Shown piece after piece: positions 46,575 through 55,681 of a stretch of DNA of 64,000 bases. The notes below the pieces were generated by a model, which had not been told where the DNA came from, made no database searches, and was given only the letters and a program-made list of their open reading frames with translations. The position numbers were made by a program, and so were the translations under genes. The number at the start of each line of letters is the position of its first letter. Positions within the stretch are counted from its first letter, which is position 1. Origin of the DNA: a virus; IMG/VR virus record IMGVR_UViG_3300003323_000990, positions 1 through 64,000 of that record. One strand, 5' to 3'.

Positions 46575-47597
46575 ATGAGTAAATTAGTAGCCATTGCTTT
46601 CTCCGATATTCATATCCACAAATTTAAAGCATTTGCCCCTACGGGAGTTGAAAGATTACACTGGAGCCTAGAAGCCCTAAAAGAGATATTTGATATTGCT
46701 AAAGAGAAGGAAGTTCCTATACTATTTTGTGGTGATTTACTTCATGACCCAAAAGAAGTAGAGAACTATACTATGAGTCAAACCCAATTTATAATGAACG
46801 CTTATTTAAGTAATGGTTCTTTAAAAGTATATGCTATATCGGGCAATCATGATATGTCTGAGAAAAATTCAATAACCAACTCCTCCCCCACTCATTTAGA
46901 TAGCTTCACTCAGTATGAGGGCTTTATAAAAATGGATAATGCCCGGATGTCAACAAATAAGTTAAATATAACGGGCATACCCTATTATAATAGTGAAAAG
47001 GATTTAATAAAGAGGATTAAAGAAGAAAAAGAATACTTAAAAAGATTCCCTCAAAGTAAGCTGAGTAAAAAATTAAAGATATTAATGCTCCATAATGACA
47101 TACCCGGAGCTAAGACTCCCACCGGCCAGGAGATTGGAGATTGTGAAATACCAAAGGATTTAGACAAATTTTTTAAAACCTGGGATATAGTATTATGTGG
47201 TCATATACATAAACCACAGAGAATATCTCGTAAAGTATATATGCTGGGTTCCCCAATACACCAAACAGCGGGGGATGAAGCTAATGAGATGGGTTATTGG
47301 GAAGTATATTCCAATGGTAAAATGAAGTTTATCCACATGGATAGATACCCCAAGTTTTGGAGTATAGATGAGGATCTTGCTGAGCAGGCCAAAGACCAAC
47401 TAGAATGTGAAGGAAGGATGGATGATTATATTATTCCCATTGCAAGAGAGGAAGATGGCAGGGATGATGTGGAAGAAACATCGGTATATGCTGCTAACAG
47501 CAGAAGGAAGGATTTAGCTAAACAGTACTGCAAAGATAAAGGTATTAAAGATAAAAACAAAATCCGTAAACTTATTGAAGTCTTAGAAAATGAGTAA
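46575..47597 (+). CDS. sbcD: Mre11/SbcD-family nuclease
   Basis: The track start at 46557 is GTG and abuts the hairpin; ATG at 46575. Phosphoesterase motifs AFSDIHIH, CGDLLHD, ISGNHD, MLHND and CGHIHKPQ. Confidence 0.85.
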   Translation: MSKLVAIAFSDIHIHKFKAFAPTGVERLHWSLEALKEIFDIAKEKEVPILFCGDLLHDPKEVENYTMSQTQFIMNAYLSNGSLKVYAISGNHDMSEKNSITNSSPTHLDSFTQYEGFIKMDNARMSTNKLNITGIPYYNSEKDLIKRIKEEKEYLKRFPQSKLSKKLKILMLHNDIPGAKTPTGQEIGDCEIPKDLDKFFKTWDIVLCGHIHKPQRISRKVYMLGSPIHQTAGDEANEMGYWEVYSNGKMKFIHMDRYPKFWSIDEDLAEQAKDQLECEGRMDDYIIPIAREEDGRDDVEETSVYAANSRRKDLAKQYCKDKGIKDKNKIRKLIEVLENE

Positions 47598-49452
47598 GGT
47601 AATTATTAAAAAATTAAAGGTAGAAGGTTTTGGTTCATTAAAGGAATTAAAATACGGGTTTGATAGACAGGGATTATCTACTATTACCGGTGAAAATGGA
47701 GTAGGTAAAACGTCTATTATAAATGCTCTTACCTGGTGTCTGTATAAGCAACTTGTTAAACCAGGTGCAAGTATAACTCCCTGGGCCTCTGTAATGGATG
47801 AAGATTTTATTGGAACAAGAGTAAGGCTTGAGTTGGAAAGGGATGGGATTAAATATGAAATAATTAGGTGCCATGAGTATCAGGGTAAAGTATTGGGGGT
47901 TAAGGGTAAGAATAGATTAGTTCTTATGGTTAATGGAGAGCAATCTCCGTTAAGGGATAAGGATGATATCCAGAAGGAAATAAATAGTATAATGGGTGCA
48001 ACATTCACTCTATTTAAATCCTCTGCAATGTTTGGGCAGAAAATGAAAAGGCTTATAGAGGAAGATGGCCCCAATAAAAAGAAAGTATTTGAAGAGGCAT
48101 TTGAAATATCCTTTATAAGTAAAGCAAAGGAAAAGATTGAAAAGAAGTTACCCCAATTAATTAAGGAAGTAGAGGTATCAACTAATGCTGTAAATCAATA
48201 TAAATCAGAATTAACTACACTAAAGGATAACCTTAATACAGCAGAGAAATTAGGAGAGAAAGAGAAATTGGATTGGAAGGATAAATTAAAAGACCTAAGA
48301 TCAAAGATTGAAGAGGCTAAAGAAAAATTAAGCAATATACCCAATATAGAATCGTTAAAAGAACAAAGGAATGAACTAAAATCAAAGGTAAGTGAAGGAT
48401 TGGGTAAATTATCAAAGGCAGCTAATGATGAATTTAAATTAAATATGTCTCTGAATACTCTAAAGGGAGACGTTGAAAGGATGGGATTAAATTTATCTGA
48501 ATGGAGAAATAAGTATAAAAATACCCCAAAAAAATGTTATGAGTGTGGGCAAAAGCTAAGTAGTAATTATGTTAAGGAATATAAAGAGAAAATAAAATCC
48601 GAATTAACTAAAGCTAAGAAGGCTTACATTAAATATTCCCAAGTAGTAAAGGAGGAACAAGGTAAATATGATAGCATAGTAAATGAACTTTCTAGTTTAA
48701 AAGCAAAAGTAGATAAAATAAATCTTAATATAGCAGAGAAAATAAAGAAACTAGAAAGCTCTATAGATGCCTATATGACAGAAAGAGCTACGTTAAAGGA
48801 GAAGATAGCTTATGCTAAGGAGCAATTAGCCCAGACAAAAGCTAACCCCCCCTCATATACAAAGGAAACTATTACCTCATTAAAAACATCAATTGAGGAT
48901 ATAACTGCTAAATTATTATTTGCCGAAGATACTTTAGAAAGAGCTATAAAGGAATTAGACCTACATAAATGGTTAGTAAAAGAACCCTTATCTAACTCTG
49001 GATTAAAGGCCTATATATTTGATGCCATGCTTGGTAACTTAAATAGAGGACTAAAGAAATATGAAAGGGCAATAGGATTCAGGGTTAATGTGGGGATAAG
49101 ATTAGATAATTATAATAAGGACTTTGTAATTAAGATATATAAGAACAAGGAAGAAATACCTTATGCTGATCTTTCGGGTGGACAGCAACAATTAGCAAAC
49201 GTTGCTCTTGCATTTGCATTAGATGATGTAACAAACCAAACAAATATAGTTATAATGGATGAGGTATTTGAGTCTATTAGCAGGAAGAACGTTGAGATAG
49301 TATCCGATATGATACAACAGAAAGCAAGGTATAAATCTACTCATATAATAACCCACCAAGCTTCATTTAACCCAAGCAATTCTTATCAGCGTATACTGGA
49401 ACTAAACGAAAAAGGTCAAACAGTAGTAACCTCCAAGCTGGCGCAGAACTAG
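47590..49452 (+). CDS. sbcC: Rad50/SbcC-family ATPase
   Basis: Walker A GENGVGKTS, long coiled coil with a central CxxC hook (KKCYECGQ), signature LSGGQQQ, Walker B IVIMDEVFE. Confidence 0.85.
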   Translation: MSKVIIKKLKVEGFGSLKELKYGFDRQGLSTITGENGVGKTSIINALTWCLYKQLVKPGASITPWASVMDEDFIGTRVRLELERDGIKYEIIRCHEYQGKVLGVKGKNRLVLMVNGEQSPLRDKDDIQKEINSIMGATFTLFKSSAMFGQKMKRLIEEDGPNKKKVFEEAFEISFISKAKEKIEKKLPQLIKEVEVSTNAVNQYKSELTTLKDNLNTAEKLGEKEKLDWKDKLKDLRSKIEEAKEKLSNIPNIESLKEQRNELKSKVSEGLGKLSKAANDEFKLNMSLNTLKGDVERMGLNLSEWRNKYKNTPKKCYECGQKLSSNYVKEYKEKIKSELTKAKKAYIKYSQVVKEEQGKYDSIVNELSSLKAKVDKINLNIAEKIKKLESSIDAYMTERATLKEKIAYAKEQLAQTKANPPSYTKETITSLKTSIEDITAKLLFAEDTLERAIKELDLHKWLVKEPLSNSGLKAYIFDAMLGNLNRGLKKYERAIGFRVNVGIRLDNYNKDFVIKIYKNKEEIPYADLSGGQQQLANVALAFALDDVTNQTNIVIMDEVFESISRKNVEIVSDMIQQKARYKSTHIITHQASFNPSNSYQRILELNEKGQTVVTSKLAQN

Positions 49453-49478
49453 CAGCCCGTACAATACTCAGTTGCGGC

Positions 49479-49503
49479 TGGGTACTATTACTTATAAACC
49501 CAT
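49479..49503 (+). promoter_or_regulatory. degenerate cassette copy G
   Basis: TGGGTACTATTACTTATAAACCCAT compared with TGGGTTACTATTTATTTATATTGCAT in copies E and F. Ends 3 nt before the ATG at 49506. Confidence 0.3.
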
Positions 49504-49505
49504 CT

Positions 49506-50033
49506 ATGAACTCAAGGAATAAGGGTAATAGGAATGAAAGAGTGGCTGCGGGGGAGCTAACAAAATGGACAAAAAGGAAATTTGAAAGGACCCCATCTTC
49601 GGGGGGCTTACAATGGAAAGCATCTTTCTCAAAGGGGGATGTAGTTTGTACGAAGGAAGGACATGTCTTTCCTTTTTGTGTAGAAGTAAAAGCACACAAA
49701 GAAATTGATTTCTCCCATCTAATTACCCCGGGCATAAAGAATGTAAAAATATTAGATTTCTGGGAACAATGCAGAAGAGATGCTACAGCTTGTAAGAAAG
49801 TACCCCTTCTTCTTATGAGGTACGATAATATGCCTAAAGCTTTTTTCTTTGTAGGATTGCCGGAGAGTTTTTATAGAAAGGTACATAATACAGTACAAGC
49901 AAAAATAACCCTAAGATATTATGATTGGGTAAATAATAAGTTTATAGTATTTATACGATCGACTGATTTATTCAGTGCATCATATTCAGAGATAAAACAG
50001 ATTGCTAAAAGTTACCTTAAAACCCAAATGTAA
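49506..50033 (+). CDS. PD-(D/E)XK nuclease, archaeal Hjc-like Holliday junction resolvase
   Basis: NKGNRNERVAAGELTKW...ERTPSSGG...KGDVV...FCVEVKAHK fits the Hjc-type KG..ER...D...E.K pattern. Confidence 0.55.
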   Translation: MNSRNKGNRNERVAAGELTKWTKRKFERTPSSGGLQWKASFSKGDVVCTKEGHVFPFCVEVKAHKEIDFSHLITPGIKNVKILDFWEQCRRDATACKKVPLLLMRYDNMPKAFFFVGLPESFYRKVHNTVQAKITLRYYDWVNNKFIVFIRSTDLFSASYSEIKQIAKSYLKTQM

Positions 50034-50776
50034 TGCAACAGGATTTAAATTACTATTGCTGGGTAGTTGCTTATATAGATACTACCTTTTTATCAAAGGT
50101 TCAAAAGGAACTGGACCGCTATTCTGAATATGCGGAAGTAGAGGCATACATCCCAACTGTAAAAGTTTTAAAGAAAACCTTCAAAAAAGAAAACCATTTC
50201 GAAGAGGTACCTTTATTATTTAATTACGGCTTCTTTAAAATCCCCAGAAAATTCGCTGTTCACCAGAACTACCTTGACCAGATGCAGAAAAATATTAGCT
50301 GCATCTTTGCCTGGGTTAAGGATCCATTAAAGGCAATAAAGAGTCAAAGAGATGCCAATGCCGGAGATTCTCATATACCAGTAGCAACTGCCACACCTTT
50401 GGAAATAACCCAATTAATCAAGGCTGCAACCAGTAATTCATTACATGGTAGTGAAAGTATTAACCAGCTTAAACCGGGTATGGTAATAACCTTAAGAGGC
50501 TACCCATGGGATGGTATGCAAGCAGAGATAAAAGAAATATATCACAAAAAGAAGAAGGCTCTAGTAAATGTAAAGATATTTGATATGAACCGCCCAGCAG
50601 TAGTATCATTTGATAATATCTTTTTCACTATATACCATAACGAAAGTATGCACAATGATGCAGTAGGCTTCGGAGATAGCTTAGATGCCTTTGCTGATAA
50701 TAAAACGTTGGACAAAAAACTTTTTAAACATGGCAGAAATGAACCCGATGGCATGGGAGATACTGGACAAGGATGA
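50033..50776 (+). CDS. NusG-like transcription elongation/antitermination factor (NGN plus KOW)
   Basis: NGN-like WVVAYIDTTFLSKVQKEL...EAYIPTVKVLKK...VPLLFNYGFFKIP. KOW-like LKPGMVITLRGYPWDGMQAEIKEI..KKKALVNVKIFDMNRPAVVSFDNI. Confidence 0.65.
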   Translation: MQQDLNYYCWVVAYIDTTFLSKVQKELDRYSEYAEVEAYIPTVKVLKKTFKKENHFEEVPLLFNYGFFKIPRKFAVHQNYLDQMQKNISCIFAWVKDPLKAIKSQRDANAGDSHIPVATATPLEITQLIKAATSNSLHGSESINQLKPGMVITLRGYPWDGMQAEIKEIYHKKKKALVNVKIFDMNRPAVVSFDNIFFTIYHNESMHNDAVGFGDSLDAFADNKTLDKKLFKHGRNEPDGMGDTGQG

Positions 50777-51641
50777 GAAGATGGCTATAACCCTTCAATT
50801 GGGCTATGATAAATCTTCCTGGCAGTCAGGTGAGATAATGAATAAGAGCCACTACAAATACCTTGAAATTAAGGACAGAGCTAAGAGATTTCTTAAACTC
50901 TTTACTGAGCATTTTGAACTTTACCTAGAATTAATACCAGATTATATTCCCGGTAACAAAGAAATAATTGCCTATTTCAAATTAGCAATGGGGCAAAGGA
51001 TGGATGTTAGTAATATTCACTCAGTTCTGGATAACCAGTTCGGGAGGAGTATAAAGAGAAGCAGGAACGCTATGATAATAGAACAGATGAATAAATGGGA
51101 AAAGTCTGGAGATGCCCATCAATTAAGTATCTACCAACTTATAAAAGAGTTTGATCGGTGGAATAACTTTCGTATACTCCCAAAAGATATACAAGAACCA
51201 AGTGGTTTTAAAAGGCGTAATAAGAATATGCACAAGAGAAATATTAGGTTGGCTACATCTCTTCCTGATATTGCTTTAAAGCATATAGAGAAAAATTTTA
51301 AGGGTACAAAATTAAGCCACGTATATTTACCTATTGCAACAGTATCAGGAATAAGGAAAGTGGTAATGGTTACTAAAACTAAAGAGGTAATATCTTACCT
51401 GAGTACATTTGGCCTATATGTATTTGAGGATAAGGTTAAAGCTAAGGATTTTATGACTCTTATAGTAGAGTTCATTACTAAGCAAAATAAAAGTTGTAAA
51501 GAAGGATTAGAATTTTGGCCAAAGTATAGAGAAGCTATCCCTGCAGCCTACAACCATGATGAAGTTCAGAAAATAAGTCCTACACGTAAATACCACATCC
51601 TTTCTCAGGAAAACCTTAAAAAACCCAAAGAATTATTGTAA
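50730..51641 (+). CDS. hypothetical protein with N-terminal sigma-region-4-like HTH
   Basis: LDKDEKMAITLQLGYDKSSWQSGEIMNKSHYKYLEI resembles a region-4/LuxR-type HTH. The start is uncertain: in-frame ATGs at 50685, 50730, 50739, 50748 and 50781. Confidence 0.45.
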   Translation: MAEMNPMAWEILDKDEKMAITLQLGYDKSSWQSGEIMNKSHYKYLEIKDRAKRFLKLFTEHFELYLELIPDYIPGNKEIIAYFKLAMGQRMDVSNIHSVLDNQFGRSIKRSRNAMIIEQMNKWEKSGDAHQLSIYQLIKEFDRWNNFRILPKDIQEPSGFKRRNKNMHKRNIRLATSLPDIALKHIEKNFKGTKLSHVYLPIATVSGIRKVVMVTKTKEVISYLSTFGLYVFEDKVKAKDFMTLIVEFITKQNKSCKEGLEFWPKYREAIPAAYNHDEVQKISPTRKYHILSQENLKKPKELL

Positions 51642-51645
51642 CCCC

Positions 51646-51677
51646 TGGGTTTAAATTTATTATATTTGCATTATCAT
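51646..51677 (+). promoter_or_regulatory. early-promoter-like cassette copy B
   Basis: TGGGTTTAAATTTATTATATTTGCATTATCAT contains TATATTTG, which fits the Bacteroidota -7 consensus TAnnTTTG. The ATG lies 26 nt after that motif. Confidence 0.5.
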
Positions 51678-51693
51678 TTAAATATTTATTCCT

Positions 51694-52272
51694 ATGGGGA
51701 AAAAGAAATTCAGATATGAACCAGACGAAAGGAGTGTACATGATATAGTGAGCAGAGAAGTGCAGGGAATGCGACACAGGGATTTACAGAGGGCCTGCGT
51801 TATGAGGGGTATGCCATTTAAAGAAGTGGTAGAAGCAACAGACCCAGACCTTATTAATTGGTTTACTAAGCATTATCATGAGGGGCAAGATATGACAAGG
51901 CTGCCCGAATTTGATGCTTGGGTAGATTCAGAATTAAAAAGGGTGGGGGTAAAAGATGGGGATCCACTTTTCCACAGTTCTTTAAAACTTGGGTACTTTA
52001 AAGCGGACGATATTGAGGATAGTGAATTAAAACCCAAAAAGAATAAACAATCAGATACAGAGAAGCCTATCAAAGAGAAGAAAGATAAGAGAGTAAAAGA
52101 TGAAGAAACAGGCATGGTAAAAGGAACAAAGAAAGCATTAACATATCAATGCTGCAGAGAAGGACTATCAGTAGCAGATACTTTAACTAGAGTGCTCGAA
52201 AGCTTCCCCGAAGCACAGCCTAAGAGCATTACAATATGGTTTAAAAGATGCCAGAAGGAATTGAAAGGATAG
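51694..52272 (+). CDS. hypothetical protein
   Basis: 192-aa ATG ORF, 26 nt downstream of promoter-like cassette copy B. Lys-rich central region. Confidence 0.6.
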   Translation: MGKKKFRYEPDERSVHDIVSREVQGMRHRDLQRACVMRGMPFKEVVEATDPDLINWFTKHYHEGQDMTRLPEFDAWVDSELKRVGVKDGDPLFHSSLKLGYFKADDIEDSELKPKKNKQSDTEKPIKEKKDKRVKDEETGMVKGTKKALTYQCCREGLSVADTLTRVLESFPEAQPKSITIWFKRCQKELKG

Positions 52273-52970
52273 GTAAGTATAAAATATATAAGGATAAATA
52301 CTACATCATTGATTTTTCAAATCTAATGGATGTTAAGGTATTAAATTTTTATTTCCTTAATAGAAGGGCTGCTCAAATAGCTGTAGAAGAAAATTTCCGA
52401 AGCAAGAAAAGGAAATATTACGCTGTTGTAAAAGGCTCAAAATTAACAGAGGAAATAAGAAATAATACCCAAAGAAAAATACCCCTATTCACAAAGTATA
52501 GCTATCCTGTAGATAAGGTTACTATGCAGGAACGTAAGACCTTCAGGACAGTTATGAGAAGGCGGCTTAGAAGAATGGGGATTTATACCAAAGTTAGGCC
52601 AAGAAAAAATATAGCCACAAAACCAGATTACATAAAACATATCCCCAATAAACAAAAGGTAGCTAATAGCCCCAATACAGTGGCAAAGGTAATACAAATC
52701 CAAAGAAAAAATCCAAAATATTACTACCTAATACTGGGAAAAGAAAAATCAACTAAGAAAGGGATGCTATTTATACTTAACTGCCTTAGGTTTGATAATA
52801 ATTCAGGGAAATTAAAACAGGTAATGGTAAATGTAAAGAGGACTGATTTATTGATACCCTATTTAATATATGATTTGGAGGATTTGATACATAAGAAAAT
52901 ACAACAAAGTAATAACCATGAGTACTACAACAAGTTTGGTTTCAAAATGGTTGAAAGTAAAAAGAAATAG
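52248..52970 (+). CDS. hypothetical basic protein
   Basis: 240-aa ATG ORF, Lys/Arg-rich. Confidence 0.55.
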   Translation: MPEGIERIGKYKIYKDKYYIIDFSNLMDVKVLNFYFLNRRAAQIAVEENFRSKKRKYYAVVKGSKLTEEIRNNTQRKIPLFTKYSYPVDKVTMQERKTFRTVMRRRLRRMGIYTKVRPRKNIATKPDYIKHIPNKQKVANSPNTVAKVIQIQRKNPKYYYLILGKEKSTKKGMLFILNCLRFDNNSGKLKQVMVNVKRTDLLIPYLIYDLEDLIHKKIQQSNNHEYYNKFGFKMVESKKK

Positions 52971-53445
52971 AAGTAAATTATATAGGTTATGGTGGGAGAC
53001 AGGATCATTAGACTCAACACCCGAATCCGATAGGGTGGGCTTAAAAGTTTATGGGGAAATGGACGCTGGGAAATATATCCTAGCAATGAGGGCTTTATTA
53101 AGGAAGGAATTAAATACATCTGTATTTAATCATAATGTGGCAAAGTATTATCCCAAATATATTAATAGGTATTATCAAAAGATAAGACCTAAAAAACAGA
53201 AAGCAAGAGGGGGATGGCTACCCTTCCCAAAAAAAACCACTGCAGTGTATACGTTCTTAAGCCGCGGATTTGTCCATGAGGATGAATTTAATTGGGATAA
53301 AACTAAGTATTATGTAAGGGCAAATATAGCCCCACTATGGTATCCAGAAGGATTTGATCACCACCAAGATGCTATTAAGAAGGGGTCAGAAATAGGAGTT
53401 CATGGGTATACTGGTTCTCCCTTAGCAGGAAAAAAATGGTATTAA
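52918..53445 (+). CDS. hypothetical protein
   Basis: 175-aa ATG ORF. Overlaps the upstream gene by 53 nt, so the start is uncertain. Confidence 0.5.
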   Translation: MSTTTSLVSKWLKVKRNRSKLYRLWWETGSLDSTPESDRVGLKVYGEMDAGKYILAMRALLRKELNTSVFNHNVAKYYPKYINRYYQKIRPKKQKARGGWLPFPKKTTAVYTFLSRGFVHEDEFNWDKTKYYVRANIAPLWYPEGFDHHQDAIKKGSEIGVHGYTGSPLAGKKWY

Positions 53446-53446
53446 T

Positions 53447-53686
53447 ATGAAAATAGAAACAAGGAAACATACTTTAACACTGAATGCTCTTAATGAGCCT
53501 ATAGTATCTCAAAACTACACTGTTGAGGCAGTAAGACCTCTTACAGTGGAGGAGATGGAAGATATTGCTGCTATAACTAATCTGATTAGTGTTAATAATA
53601 ACCGAGAAAAACTTATAGCTAAGAAAACTCTTAAAGCTGAGAACACAGAATCTACATTTGTAAACCTTATATACCTAGTAGGATGA
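53447..53686 (+). CDS. hypothetical protein (79 aa)
   Basis: ATG ORF tightly packed between neighbours. Confidence 0.5.
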   Translation: MKIETRKHTLTLNALNEPIVSQNYTVEAVRPLTVEEMEDIAAITNLISVNNNREKLIAKKTLKAENTESTFVNLIYLVG

Positions 53687-53988
53687 TATTTCTAAAGAAC
53701 CTTTACAGATTTGTTCTGGTATTAGTAAAAGCCTTCTTATTTTTTACTATGTCTATCCCATTTATAGTATTCTGGGCTATAGTTTGGGTACTGAGGAAAG
53801 TGGAAGAGAGATTGGGTATGCTATTAACTAAAAATACCATAAGGGATAATAAAATGGGCATATTAGCCTCAAAAATTGGGCTTTGGTTGCTATTAATTCC
53901 TTACGTGGTATTTAAGGGCCTTAAAACGGGAAATCTAGCCCTAATAGAAAAACTATTCCCTGTTAAAGAGAAGGTAACTATTAATTAA
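53683..53988 (+). CDS. small membrane protein (2-3 TM segments)
   Basis: Hydrophobic segments VLVLVKAFLFFTMSIPFIVFWAIVWVL and IGLWLLLIPYVVF. ATGA coupling to the upstream gene. Confidence 0.55.
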   Translation: MIFLKNLYRFVLVLVKAFLFFTMSIPFIVFWAIVWVLRKVEERLGMLLTKNTIRDNKMGILASKIGLWLLLIPYVVFKGLKTGNLALIEKLFPVKEKVTIN

Positions 53989-54006
53989 TATAAAAACAAT
54001 TAAACA

Positions 54007-54399
54007 ATGGCAAAGAAAGACGCTAAAAAAGAGGCCTCTAAAAAGGCTCAAGCTAAAGCAACAATCGTTTCCAGGGAAATTAAAGGTAATTACCTTATCC
54101 TAACCTATTCTGATGGTACCACCGAAATCTACGTTCTTTTCTGTACTTCTCCAGTACCAGTAGCTGGTGGTAAATCCTCTTCTAAGGAGGAAGAGGATGA
54201 AGATGAGGATGACGACGATGAAGAGGAAGAGGATGAAGAAGACGATGATGATGATGACGATGAAGATGAAGATGAGGATGACGACGATGATGATGACGAT
54301 GAAGAAGACGACGAAGATGAGGATGAGGAGGAAGAGGATGAAAAACCTGCAAAAGGTAAAAAAGGTGCTTCTGCTAAAGGGGGTAAAAAGAAAAAATAA
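54007..54399 (+). CDS. poly-acidic protein (52 consecutive Asp/Glu) with Lys-rich termini
   Basis: MAKKDAKKEASKK..., then a short beta-like core, residues 61-112 exclusively D/E, and a ..KGKKGASAKGGKKKK C-terminus. Confidence 0.7.
   Translation: MAKKDAKKEASKKAQAKATIVSREIKGNYLILTYSDGTTEIYVLFCTSPVPVAGGKSSSKEEEDEDEDDDDEEEEDEEDDDDDDDEDEDEDDDDDDDDEEDDEDEDEEEEDEKPAKGKKGASAKGGKKKK
54187..54342 (+). repeat. (GAN)52 low-complexity purine-rich coding tract
   Basis: 156 nt made only of GAT/GAC/GAA/GAG codons. The coding strand is almost all purine at codon positions 1 and 2. Confidence 0.9.
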
Positions 54400-54492
54400 C
54401 CTTTTAGTCTGGTAGTTTTTTATTTAAGATAGTTGTTTAAGAAAGGGATTAGGACTATGTTCTTAGTCCCTTTATTTATTAAATCAATTAAG

Positions 54493-54735
54493 ATGGAGGA
54501 TACAAGTAAAAATGTTATAGTAACCTTGCTAAAAGAACACTTTCATAATGCCGAGGCTCAAAGGAGATACCTTGAACATCAACTTAACCAAGCACCGGAA
54601 TTTAGAGTAACAGAATTAGAAGAGAATGAATTGGAAGAGGCTTTGCTACAGGCAGGTAATATAGCTCAGGAATACTATAAAGCCTTAATTGACCTGGAAG
54701 GATACAATTTACAAAAACCCTCTTGGATGCCATGA
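54493..54735 (+). CDS. hypothetical protein (80 aa)
   Basis: The track start at 54433 is TTG and runs through a hairpin. The first ATG is at 54493 (MEDTSKNV...). Confidence 0.5.
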   Translation: MEDTSKNVIVTLLKEHFHNAEAQRRYLEHQLNQAPEFRVTELEENELEEALLQAGNIAQEYYKALIDLEGYNLQKPSWMP

Positions 54736-55244
54736 GAGAAACAAGGAAGCAAATAAAAATATTTAAATCCGCTTTTGATTATTACGAAAAACTTTTCTTA
54801 ATGGAAGAAAGGGGTAATATAGTGGAAAGAAGGTTTTTTATTCAGCTACTAACCAAAAGCGCTACAAGGTATTTAGATATTCTAAGATGGCTATCTAAGT
54901 TCTATGATGTAAATGCCTATAGAGATAAGCACATGCATGAAGGTAAGGTTAAATTGGGGGTTTATCTTGTAGGTAATAGAGAAAGAGTAGAAATATTTTG
55001 TATGATGATGGGCCAAATAATATGCGCAATAGAAAAGGATTGCGGAAACAATTTTGATAAAAAAAGGAAAGCTTGTAGAGAAATACTACTTTGTTTGGAT
55101 GAGGCCCTTGAGATAAAAAAGAAATTACCCATACCCTATGTTGCCAATAAAAAACGTCAGGCAGAGATTAATTACTATGCTAAGATGTACGTTAGATCAA
55201 TTTCATTAAAGAAAAAATTCAGAGCTAACTATGGTAACAGATAA
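54732..55244 (+). CDS. hypothetical protein
   Basis: The track start at 54723 is TTG. ATG at 54732 forms an ATGA overlap with the upstream stop. Confidence 0.55.
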   Translation: MRETRKQIKIFKSAFDYYEKLFLMEERGNIVERRFFIQLLTKSATRYLDILRWLSKFYDVNAYRDKHMHEGKVKLGVYLVGNRERVEIFCMMMGQIICAIEKDCGNNFDKKRKACREILLCLDEALEIKKKLPIPYVANKKRQAEINYYAKMYVRSISLKKKFRANYGNR

Positions 55245-55599
55245 ATTGCCCATATATCTTGAAGATATATCCGACCTAAATAATGAACTAGCTTTACTAA
55301 AAGCTAAGACTAAAAATCACAAATCAAGGAGTTTCCTTATAACGAGCAATACTATCCAAAATAGATTCAAGAGGATATTAAATAAAATAACCCATTTGGG
55401 GAAAAATTACGAACTTATTCAAGTTAAGGGAGAGTTAGAACTCTCAAATCCAATGGGCATAGTGAAGAAGGAAGTTATACTATACTATAGTGACGTAAGT
55501 TTAGAAGATGCAAAGAAACTTGCTAAAAGAGATGCAGGGAAAAACTTCACTGTAATACATGCAATAAATATAATCCCAGGAAAACCTTATTATTTGTAG
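55231..55599 (+). CDS. hypothetical protein
   Basis: 122-aa ATG ORF, followed by cassette copy C. Confidence 0.55.
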   Translation: MVTDKLPIYLEDISDLNNELALLKAKTKNHKSRSFLITSNTIQNRFKRILNKITHLGKNYELIQVKGELELSNPMGIVKKEVILYYSDVSLEDAKKLAKRDAGKNFTVIHAINIIPGKPYYL

Positions 55600-55608
55600 T
55601 TGACTCTC

Positions 55609-55639
55609 AGGTTTAATATTCATATATTTGCATTATCAT
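55609..55639 (+). promoter_or_regulatory. early-promoter-like cassette copy C
   Basis: AGGTTTAATATTCATATATTTGCATTATCAT. The 17-nt core TATATTTGCATTATCAT is identical to copy B. Confidence 0.5.
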
Positions 55640-55663
55640 ATTAATAAATACCCAGGAATATTT

Positions 55664-55681
55664 TCTCAAGTATCTCAAGTA
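55664..55681 (+). repeat. perfect tandem 9-mer (TCTCAAGTA x2) in a long 5' leader
   Basis: 55664-55672 and 55673-55681 are identical. They lie between cassette copy C and the ATG at 55749. Confidence 0.9.

Noticed and set aside
49367-49735. 122-aa minus-strand ORF spanning the sbcC 3' end, the intergenic region and the Hjc-like gene
   Set aside because: It crosses an intergenic region and overlaps two plus-strand genes that have clear family motifs.
54167-54415. 82-aa alternative-frame ORF rich in M/K/R/T overlapping the poly-acidic gene
   Set aside because: It is the +1 reading of the (GAN)n tract. Low-complexity artefact with no independent start context.
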